DNA from: Malacoraja senta
Taxonomy: Eukaryota
Direction: 5' to 3'
Length of the DNA: 60,000 nucleotides
NCBI GenBank assembly: GCA_038087875.1
Contig: CM075989.1
Location: forward strand, 22,942,001-23,002,000
Part shown: in pieces, positions 50,217 to 60,000 of the stretch
Position numbering within the stretch: the stretch's first letter is position 1
Layout: each line of letters starts with the position of its first letter
The notes under the pieces: model-generated
What the model saw: only the letters and a program-made list of their open reading frames with translations
The model's database searches: none
What the model was told of the DNA's origin: nothing
Program-made: the position numbers and the translations under genes

Positions 50217-50675
50217 CACATATTTTCCTTCCATCATTGTATCTGCCAGGGTCACGTCCGGAATGATTTCCTCGTCGGTTCTGCTGGATTCCTTCTCCGA
50301 TGCAGGCAACCCAATGGGTGGAGAAGCTTCATTGTCAGGGCAGGGGTTTGCAGGTTGACCAGCCTCCACCGAGAGTGCCGCACCCTCCTGGAGGATGTCC
50401 TCTTCACTCCTCTCGTCCGCCTTCTTGACTGGGGTGGAGGGGCTGCTGTAGTAATTGGGGGCACGGGACGGGACGATGGGGGGCGAGCAGCCTTCGTTGT
50501 AGCTCTTGACCACCTGCAGCATGTCGGGCTCCGACACGCTCATCCGCTTGTCCAGGAGTCGTCTCTGCAAGCCTGCCTTCCTCTTGCCCGACATCTTGCC
50601 CTTCAGGTTCTGCAGGAGGGGTTTGGTCTTCGCCCGGAAGGACCTCCACCTGGTGATCTCCTTCTGCTCATCCAT
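50217..50675 (-). CDS. MCTP2: MCTP2-like first coding exon (153 codons); the exon probably extends as 5'UTR to an acceptor at 50757
   Basis: MDEQKEITRWRSFRAKTKPLLQNL...RRLLDKRMSVSEPDML resembles the MCTP2 N-terminus as I recall it (WGSLKQRTRPLLINL...HHLDRRLSLSVPDLL). Phase-0 donor GTG|gtaagt at 50217/50216. Pyrimidine-rich acceptor ctctctttctccag| ends at 50758. Confidence 0.88.
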
Positions 50676-50857
50676 CGCCTTGGCCGCCGTGCCGAGTCCT
50701 CACGACAACCAGCAAAAACAGAGATGGGACTCTGGCCAGCGTCAGGAGAAACAGGATCTGGAGAAAGAGAGCACACAGTATTTTCATCATGACAGAAAAT
50801 TCAACCACATGAGCTCAATACACCACGGTGAAAGGAAACTATCCCCCTGCAACAAGA

Positions 50858-51300
50858 ATAGACAATAGACAATAGGTGCAGGAGTAGGCCATTCGGCCCT
50901 TCGAGCCAGCACCGCCATTCAATGTGATCATGGCTGATCATCCCCAATCAGTAACCCGTCCCTGCCTTCTCCCCATATCCCCTGACTGCGCTATTTTTAA
51001 GAGCCCTATCTAGCTCTCTCTTGAAAGCATCCAGAGAACCGGCCTCCACCGCCCTCTGAGGCAGAGAATTCCACAGACTCACCACTCTCTGTGAGAAAAA
51101 GTGTTTCCTCGTCTCCGTTCTAAATGGCTTGCCCCTTATTCTTAAACTGTGGCCCCTGGTTCTGGATTCCCCTAACATCGGGAACATGTTTCCTGCCTCC
51201 AGCGTGTCCAAGCCCTTAACAATCTTATACGTTTCAATGAGATCCCCTCTCATCTTTCTAAACTCCAGAGTGTACAAGCCCAGCTGCTCCATTCTGTCAG
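50858..51300 (-). mobile_element. CR1 3' fragment (TTGTCTA tail)
   Basis: C-terminal CR1 peptide in ORF 50948-51574; tail reads tagacaatagacaata on the + strand. Confidence 0.9.
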
Positions 51301-51419
51301 CAATAGGCCAGCAGCAAGGGGCGAGGGGCTGGACTCGTGTGAATAGGCCAACTAAAGCATCACTGGTGCCTTGTACGTAGAATGTATTAACTTGGGGTAA
51401 TAATGTATAATAATGTATA

Positions 51420-51640
51420 GTGGCACAGCGGTAGAGTTGCTGCCTCACAGCGCCAGAGACCCGGGGTCCATCCCGACTATCGGTGCTGCCTGTACAGTGT
51501 GGGAGGAAACCAGAGCGCCCGGAGTAAACCCTCACGGTCACGGAGTGAACGTACAAACTCCGTACAGACAGCACCCGTAGTCAGGATCGAACCCGGGTCT
51601 CTGGCGCTGCGAGGCAGCAACTCTACCGCTGCGCCACCGT
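51420..51640. mobile_element. Two HE1 SINE 5' halves fused in inverted orientation
   Basis: Plus-strand head 51420-51496 joined to minus-strand 5' half 51497-51640. Confidence 0.85.
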
Positions 51641-51664
51641 GTTGCATGTCATGATTTATCTATC

Positions 51665-51695
<31 letters not shown>

Positions 51696-52132
51696 TCCTC
51701 CTTCATTTTTTTCTTCCCACACTCATCTCAAAACTTCTTCCTCACATATGCAATAGTTTCTAGGACTTTATTCCAAATCCACAACTTCCTGAAAGTGGCA
51801 GCACGAGTTGACAGAGTGGTAAAGAGGCTATGTAGTCCGCTTGTCTTCATCGGTCAGGGCATGAAAAATAAGAGTTAGAGGAAGTCAGGATGTAGCTGTC
51901 TAGGATTATGCTGGGCCCCAACCCACAAGGTCACCAATTCCTTCTCTCCAGAGATGCTGCCTGACTCGCTGAGTTACTCCAGCTATTTGTGTCTGTCTCC
52001 CATAATGTTACTGCACTGATACAACTTTGGGTAAAGGGCCGCTGAGAAGTGACATTTAAACAACTGGTTTCAATCTTAATCTCTTCACATGTAGAATAAC
52101 GGGGGAAATGAAACTAACTCTGAAGCCATTCA

Positions 52133-52408
52133 AGGGCGGCACAGCGGTAGAGTTGCTGCCTTACAGCGCCAGAAACCCAGGTCACATCCTGAATACAGGT
52201 GCTGTCCGTACTGAGATTGTACCTTCTCAATGTGACTCCGGGTGCTTCGTGTTCTCCCCCACACTCCAAAGACATGCAGGCTTGTAAAATAATTGGCTTC
52301 TGCAAATCGTCCCTAATGTGTGGGACGGCACTAGTATACGAGGTGATCGCAAGTCGGCACGGACTCGGTGGGCTGAAGCGTTTTGCGCTGTATTTCTAAA
52401 CTAAACTA
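52133..52408 (+). mobile_element. HE1-type V-SINE (diverged)
   Basis: Head, V-domain and tail. Confidence 0.82.
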
Positions 52409-52704
52409 TCGTGCAGTACATTGAATAATGTGGAAATGAAACTTCCTTAGAAATCATTTAAGAACAATTCCTGATGAAGGATTGAAGATTTTGATTTTTG
52501 GGCAGAGAACAAACGACAGCCCCAGGGGCCGTCCATTTCTGTATAGAGTTTTGCTGGAAACGCCAAGCAGACAGCCAAATATTATGAAAAAGCTTTAGAA
52601 ATCAAAAACACTGTGAAGATGTTTATTAAGCATCTAACCTACACCAGAACTAAACATTTCCATCGGTATCGCTGGTCTGCCTCAAAACTACACATGAAAA
52701 CAAC

Positions 52705-53398
52705 AATAGATAATAGACAATAGATGCAGGAGTAGGCCATTCGGCTCTTCGAGCCAGCACCACCATTCAATGTGATCATGGCTGATCATCCACAATCAGT
52801 ACCCCGTTCCTGCCTTCACCCCATATCTCCTGACTCCGCTATCTTTAAGAGCCCTATCTAGCTCTCTCTTGAAAGTATACAGAGAACCGGCCTCCACCGT
52901 CCTCTGATGCAGAGAATTTCACAGACTCACCACTGTGTGAAAAAGTGTTTCCTCATCTCTGTTCTAAATGGCTTACCCCATATTAGAAACATAGAAAATA
53001 GGTGCAGGAGGAGGCCATTTGGCCCTTCGAGCCAGCACCGCCATTCATGGCTGATCGTCCCCAATCAATAACCCGTGCCTGCCTTCTCCCCATAATCCCT
53101 TGATTCCATTAGCCCCTAGAGCTCTATCTAACTCACTCTTAAATCCATCCAGTGATTTGGCCTCCACTGCCCTCTGTGGCAGGGAATTCTACAAATTCAC
53201 AACTCTCTGGGTGAAAAAGTTTTTTCTCACCTCAGTCTTAAATGGCCTCCCCTTTATTCTTAAACTGTGGCCCCTGGTTCTGGATTCCCCCAACATCGGG
53301 AACATGTTTCCTGCCTCTAGCGTGTCCAAACCCTTAATAATCTTACACGTTTCAATAAGATATCCTCTCATCCTTCCAAACTCCAGAGTGTACAAGCC
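52705..53398 (-). mobile_element. Two tandem CR1 3' fragments
   Basis: Two CR1 3'UTRs with different tails, at about 52705 and 52984. Confidence 0.85.
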
Positions 53399-54224
53399 AG
53401 GATAACACCAGACAGACATTTGCCCAGAGTATGGGGAAATTGAAAACCAGTGGACATAGGTTTAAGGTGAGGGTGGGGGGGGGGGGTATGGAGGGTGTAT
53501 GGAACAAGCTGCTGGAGGAGGTAGTTGAGGCAGGGACTATCACATTTAAGAAACATTTAGACAGGCACATGGATAGGACAGGTTTAGAGGGCCATGGGCC
53601 AAATGCTGGCAGGTGGGACTAGTGTAGCACACTAGTGTAGCATGTTGGTCGTTGTGGTCAAGTTGAGCTGAAGGGCCTGTTTCCACACTGTGTGACGATG
53701 ACTGGAAATTTATTTTCATCACAACAGCACGACAATGTTCCTGATGCAGCTGTACCACCGTGTGATATACAACGCATCGTCACTTTCACACTGCCAACCA
53801 ATAAGTCACACCTCCACATCGGATGCTCGATTCCTGCTGCCAGTCTAAGGAACACTTTGCTGCTTCACGGCAGCGAGGTCACAGTCATTATGCCTCTCGT
53901 CGTAAAATTGGCTGCACACTGTGGAATATTCGACTAAAAGCATTTCACGAGGTTGTATCAATCTTCCTTGTATCAATCTGAATCGAGGTTCAGAACAAGA
54001 CCACATGGAATCATCAGGTGCGATAAAACTTAGTTTGGTTTAGTTCAGTTCAGAGATACAGCGTGGAAACAGGACCGAGTCCGCACCAACCAGCGATCCC
54101 CGCACACCAACGGAAGCCGACACACACTAGGGAGAATTTACATGTATACAAAGTATAAAAACCCAAGTCAATTAACCTGTAAACCTGTACGTCTTTGGAG
54201 CGTGGTATGAAACCGAAGATCTCA

Positions 54225-54300
54225 GACCCACACCTGGCCGGCTACCTGACCCACACCTGGAGGGCTACCTGACCCACACCTGGAGGGCTACCTGACCCAC
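54225..54300 (+). repeat. 23-bp tandem repeat, 3.3 units
   Basis: Unit gacccacacctggagggctacct. Confidence 0.9.
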
Positions 54301-55100
54301 GCTCTGGCAATAGGATGGACTTTGTCAGGAAACATCAGTGACATCCCAAGAAGGACGTCTTTGACCACAAGGCCCTGACCAAGAGTCTCCACACCCCCGG
54401 AGGCAACGGGCAGAGATTCACGAGGTTTTCTCCTCACAAATACACAGGCTTCACTGTGGACGGCTTGGTTGCATTCATGTTTGACTGGATAGCACGAGAC
54501 AAAATCCTTTCACTGTCCCCCAGTACACGTGACAATAAACTAAAAATGTTGATGTGATATGCATCCTGGATTTATCATTCTCACAAGAATAATTTCTTCA
54601 ATTTCACACAATGAGGCTGCAGTTGATGTTCCTTCCCCCAAAACATCGACACTTTCCTGAATTAATTCAATAATCTGTCAACTCCTCGAGCTTAAAAATC
54701 AGTCCCAAGCATTCTCAGCCACTAAAACTCTACAGCCCTCCTTAGTCGAGGATTCCAGAAGTTCAAAAACCATTCGGCAAAAGAGCATCTACACATCCCT
54801 ACCTTGAATGGCTGAACCTCTATTTTATTTAGACACAAGAAGCTGGAGGAACTCAGCGGGTCAGGAAGCATCTCTGGAGAGAAGGAATGGGTGACGTTTC
54901 GGGTCCCTTCTTCAGACTAGGGAAAACCCACTGAGTTACTCCAGCACTGTGTATCGATCTTCGGTTCAAACCAGCATCTGCAGTTCCTTCCTACTCTATT
55001 TCAATTAATTTAGTTTAATATTTTCATGTGTACCGAGGTACAGTGAAAAGCTTTTGTTTGCCTGATATCTAATCCCAGACCCTCCCACTACTGGAAACAT

Positions 55101-57637
55101 CAGGGGGGTGGGTGGAGGGTGTCCCCCTCCCATTGGTATGGAACTATTGCATTTTTCAGCTTGAAATTGTGCAATATGGAGCAAACTGTAGCAAGTCGTT
55201 TAACTTACACTTGAATGCAATATATATGCTTTAAATTGGATTGGAGCATTTTTTAAAGGGGGGAGGCTGAGCGATCACTGATCACTGGCCTTGGGGGTAC
55301 TCGGTGAGGGAGTGGAGCAACCGAGTGGGGAGAGGGTGTGGAAGAAGGGTGTCCCCTCTCCCAGGGTAGGAACCTTTTGAAATTTGATGTATTAAAATCA
55401 TGTTTTAGTGCATTGTAGAAGTACATTTCAATGTTCTTTGTATGAAGTATTTTTAAGAGGTAACTTTTTAAGGGGTAACTTTATCGACACAAAGGGTGAT
55501 GGGTGTATGGAACAAGCTGCCAGAGGAGGTAGTTGAGGCAGGGACCATCCCAACATTTAAGAAAAAGTTAGACTGATACATGGATAGGACAGGTTTGGAG
55601 GTATGGACCAAAAGCAGGTAGTGTAGCTGGGACATGTTGGCGGGTGTGGGCAAGTTGGGCCGAAGGGCCTGTTTTCACACTGTATCACTCCATGACTACG
55701 TTATACCTCCACCATGCATGAATGCTTCAAAATCAAGTGGTCGAGTTTTATTGCCATATACTCAAGCATAGAAACATAGAAAATAGGTGGAGGAATAGGC
55801 CATCGGCCCTTCGAGCCAGCACTGCCATTCAATATGATCATGGCTATTCATCTAAAATCAGGACCTCTTTCCTGTTTTTTCCCCATATCCCTTGATGTCG
55901 TTAGCCCCAAGAACTAAATCTAACTTTCTTGAAAACATCCAGTGAATTGGCCTGCACCGCCTTCTGTGGCAGAGAATTCCACAGATTCACAACTCTCTGT
56001 GAAGAAAGTTTGTCCTCATCTCAGTCCTAACTGCCCCCCCCCCCTTTATTTTTAAACTGTGACCCCTGGTTCTGAACTCTCCCAACATCAGGAACATTTT
56101 TCCTGCAGTTACAGGAAGTGAAAATCTAGCAGGCAAGCAGGATGCTTTCTCCAACCACCCCCATTTGAAGTCTACTATCTTCCGCCGTTTCTACCCAGTA
56201 CTTGGTACTTACTTCCAGCAGCCACTGATTGTCCTCCTGGATGCACCGAGCCGCAGCCTGATCCATGCCGGTCACCTGGGCCAATTTGGCAAAGAGACCC
56301 TCACGGCAGCGGCGCAACGCTTCCAACGCCTTGCACTGATTGAGGCTGCTCCATGGCCGGAGCTGCAGTGAGCGACTCGCCAGCCCGGGAAACACTCGCC
56401 AGCCCCGCTCCCCGTCTGCACCTGTCCCCACCGCTGCTTCTGCTTCCAACACCCGCGGCCCATGCAGTTGATATGAGTTTTTAAATTTTCGTTGATCACA
56501 GAATTTCTCACAACAGAGCGAGAGAAATTTGTGATCAGCGTGAGAATTTGGCGAAATGCGTGATTCTCACGTTCAATGCATGGGAGTTGGCAGCCCTGCC
56601 TCTCTCCCCCCCTCTCTCTCCACCTCTCTTTCCCAGCTCTCTCTCCCTGTTTCTCCTCTCACCCCCTCTCTCTCCCGTCTCGCCCCTCACTCTCTCCCCT
56701 TCCCTCTCTCCTCTCCCCCCTCTCTCTCCCCCTTCACCACTCTCCCCCTCTCTCGTCCCCTCTCCTCTCTCCCCCCTCTCCTCTCCCTCTCTCCCTCCTA
56801 ACTCTCTCTCCACACTTTCCCCTAACTCTCTCCCCCTCTCTCTCTCTTCTCTCTCCCCCTCTCTCTCTTTCTCCCTCTCCACACACTCTCCCCCTCTCTG
56901 TCTCTCCTCTCTCTCTCTCATCTCCCCCATTTCTCCCTCCCACCTCACTCTCCCCCTTGCTCTCTCTCCTCTCTCTTTCACCTCTGTCTCTATCTCCTCT
57001 TTCTCTTTGCCCCCCCAATCTCTCTCTTTCCCCCTCTCTCCCCCCTCTCTTTTACCACCCTTCTCTTCCCCCTCTCCCATTCTCTCCTACCCTCTCCTCC
57101 CCCTCTCTCTTCCCTCTCACCCCTCTCTTTCCCCCCCTCTCCCACCTCACACTCCCCCCTCTCACCCCCCCCTCTCTCCCTCTTCTCTCTCTCCATTCAC
57201 TCCCCCTCTGTCTCTCTCCTCTCACCCCTCTCCCCCCCGTCTCCTTCCCCTCTCTCTCTCTCCACCTCCCTTTGAGAGTCTGTCCCTTCGGCACAGAGAC
57301 CCTCGCGGCAGAGGCGCAACGCTTCCGACGCCTCCGACGGCCCGGGACTCTTGCACTGCTCCATGGCCGGAGCTGCAGCAAGCGACTCGCCAGCCCCGCA
57401 AACACTCGCCAGCCCCGACTCCCCGCATCTGTATCCGCCCGCTGCTTCCTTCCTTCCCTCCCTCAGCCCCGGCTCTCCAACACCCGCGGCCCATGCAGTT
57501 CATCTGAGTTTTGAAATTTTCGTTGATCACAGAATTTCTCACGACAGAGCGTGAGAACTTTCTGATCAGCGTGAGGGGGTGAGAGTTTACTCAAATGCGT
57601 GATTCTCACGCTCAAAGCGTGAGAGTTGGCAGCCCTG
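55101..57637. mobile_element. Composite non-autonomous DNA element, CAGGG...CCCTG, 7-bp TSD
   Basis: gaaacat at 55094-55100 and 57638-57644 interrupts the CR1 motif ggaaacatcctctcc. Contains two copies of a ~300-bp right end (56293-56598 and 57294-57637). Confidence 0.65.
56599..57270 (+). repeat. ~670-bp low-complexity polypyrimidine (CT-rich) tract
   Basis: Read directly. Confidence 0.95.
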
Positions 57638-57919
57638 GAAACATCCTCTCCACATCCATTCTCTCACAGCCCTTCATTATTTGTTGTGTCAAACTGCAAA
57701 ACATCTCAACGTACTTGGTGAAATGTATATTGTTGTGGTAAATGGACAGATCTGACACGCCTCAAGTTATTCTCCTTTTAACAGGAACTTGTGGCCTACC
57801 CCACACAGAAGATACTTTACTCTGACAATAACTGGCTTATGGGGAAATGTGAGAAACTCAAAAAGGTCAGCAGATTATAACATGATAGATGGGGTAGACA
57901 GCCAGAACCTTTCTGACTG

Positions 57920-58197
57920 CAGCACGGCTAGAGTTGCAGCCTCACAGCGCCAGAGACCCGGGTTCGATCCCTACTACGGGTGGTGTCTGTACGGAGTTTT
58001 ACCTTCTCCCCGTGACCACGTGGGTTTCTCCAAGAACTTCGGTTTCGTCCCACACTCCAAAGACGTACAGGTTTGCAGATGAATCAGTTTGGTATAAATG
58101 TAAATTGTCCCAAGTGTGGGTGTAGGGTAGTGTTAATGTGCGAGGATCGATGGTGGGACGAAGGGCCTGTTTCCGCGCAGTATCTCTAAACTAAACT
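57920..58197 (+). mobile_element. HE1-type V-SINE
   Basis: Head, V-domain and tail. Confidence 0.85.
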
Positions 58198-58796
58198 TTT
58201 CCCCAGGGTGGAACTATCCAACACCAGGGGGCATCGCTTTATTCCCAGTGGTGGTGGTGGTGGTGGAGACACATATGATAGTGGCGTTTTAGAAGCTTTT
58301 AGACAGTGACATGGAAGTGCAGGGAATAGAGGGATATGGATCATGTAACAGGCAGATGAGATTAGTTTAACTTGGCATCAAGTTTAACACAAACATTGTG
58401 GGCTGAAGGGCCCGTTCCAGTAGTAATCTACTTTGAACGGGATCAAGGGGAAAATCATGGGTGAAAAAGCAGAAACAGGGTACTGAATTTGGATGATCAG
58501 CCATAATCATATTGAATGGCGGTGTTGGCTCGAAGGGCCGAATGGCCTACTCCTGCACCTATTTTCTTTCTTTTTTTCTACGATGTAGAACATCAATTGG
58601 TTGCTATGGTGAAGAGAACACTAAACGTTTGGTGTGGAATAACAGCATTGTTTCCTTTGCAGAAAACTGCCTCTAACTTTCTCAATAAAAATGTTGGATG
58701 CAAGTTCTTGCTTGAATTCTGCCGTCTTGGAACCAAAGTCCAGACAAGCAGCATTGTGATGCGTCACACACGATCATGCTCGACTAATGCTCTGGA

Positions 58797-59081
58797 ATTT
58801 GAGGATGTAACTAGGAAAATGGACAGGGGAGAGCCAGTAGCTGTAGTGTACCTGGACTTTCAGAAAGCCTTTGATAAGGTCGCACATAGGAGAATAGTGG
58901 GCAAAATTAGAGCACATGGTATTGGGGGTAGAGTGCTGACATGGATAGACAAGTGGTTGGCAGACAGGAAACAAAGAGTACGGATTAACAGGTCCCTTTC
59001 AGAATGGCAGGTAGTGACTAGTGGGGTACCGCAACGCTCGGTGCTGGGACCACAGCTATTTACAATATACATCAATGATTT
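58797..59081 (+). mobile_element. CR1 RT fragment abutting the younger minus-strand CR1
   Basis: FEDVTRKMDRGEPVAVVYLDFQKAFDKV...GVPQRSVLGP. Confidence 0.9.
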
Positions 59082-60000
59082 ACATAGATACATAGATACA
59101 TAGAAAATAGGTGCAGGAGTAGGCCATTCGGCCCTTCAAGCCTGCACCGCCATTCAATACGATCATGGCTGATCATCCAACTCAGTATCCCGTACCTGCC
59201 TTCTCTCCATACCCCCTGATCCCTTTAGCCACAAGGGCCACATCTAATTCCCTCTTAAATATAGCCAATGAACTGGCCTCAACTACCCTCTGTGGCAGAG
59301 AGTTCCAGAGATTCACCACTCTCTGTGTGAAAAAGTTTTTCCTCATCTCGGTCTTAAAGGATTTCCCCCTTATCCTTAAGCTGTGACCCCTTGTCCTGGA
59401 CTTCCCCAACATCGGGAACAATCTTCCTGCATCTAGCCTGTCCAACCCCATAAGAATTTTGTACGTTTCTATAAGATCCCCTCTCAATCTCCTAAATTCT
59501 AGCGAGTATAAGCCAAGTCTATCCAGTCTTTCTTCATATGAAAGTCCTGACATCCCAGGAATCAGTCTGGTGAACCTTCTCTGCACTCCCTCTATGGCTA
59601 TAATGTCCTTCCTCAGATTTGGAGACCAAAACTGTACGCAATACTCCAGGTGTGGTCTCACCAAGACCCTGTACAACTGCAGTAGAACCTCCCTGCTCCT
59701 ATACTCAAATCCTCTTGCTATGAAGGCCAACATACCATTCGCTTTCTTCACTGCCTGCTGCACCTGCATGCCTACTTTCAATGACTGGTGTACCATGACA
59801 CCCAGGTCACGCTGCATCTCCCCATTTCCTAATCGGCCACCATTTAGATAATAGTCTGCCTTCCCGTTTTTGCTACCAAAGTGGATAACCTCACATTTAT
59901 CCACATTATACTGCATCTGCCAAACATTTGCCCACTCACCCAGCCTATCCAAGTCACCTTGCAGTCTCCTAGCATCCTCCTCACAGCTAACACTGCCCCC
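59082..60000 (-). mobile_element. CR1 LINE 3' part (runs off the window)
   Basis: 256-aa ORF2 C-terminus nearly identical to the 28-31 kb copy; (TATCTATG)n tail. Confidence 0.95.

Noticed and set aside
50355..50868. Plus-strand ORFs of 145 and 120 aa
   Set aside because: Antisense shadows of the GC-rich MCTP2 coding exon.
56535..57514. Long Pro/Ser/Leu and Glu/Arg/Gly ORFs
   Set aside because: Artefacts of a stop-free CT-rich tract.

Overview
Repeat-dense vertebrate genomic DNA, most likely from a cartilaginous fish such as a skate or ray (inferred from HE1-type V-SINEs and HER1/CR1-type LINEs). The window lies in the 5' part of an MCTP2-like gene on the minus strand. Three coding exons were found: 50675-50217, 22615-22553 and 19027-18913. 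The next exon probably lies beyond the left edge. A GC-rich candidate alternative first exon sits at 36108-36064. The introns are filled with CR1 LINEs (one ~3.2 kb frameshifted ORF2 copy and many 3' fragments), Rex1/Babar 3' ends, tRNA-derived V-SINEs and PIF/Harbinger-like MITEs, one of which carries a 15-bp minisatellite. There is also a CAGGG...CCCTG element with a 7-bp TSD. Two ribozyme-associated short retroelement types stand out. One is a 124-bp TSD-flanked element whose 5' end is exactly the predicted G1 of a minimal HDV-like ribozyme (47587-47710). The other is a family of many Penelope-type elements carrying a minimal hammerhead core and 10-15 bp TSDs. Most ORFs in the supplied track are repeat artefacts. 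Family and gene assignments come from recognition, not database searches.
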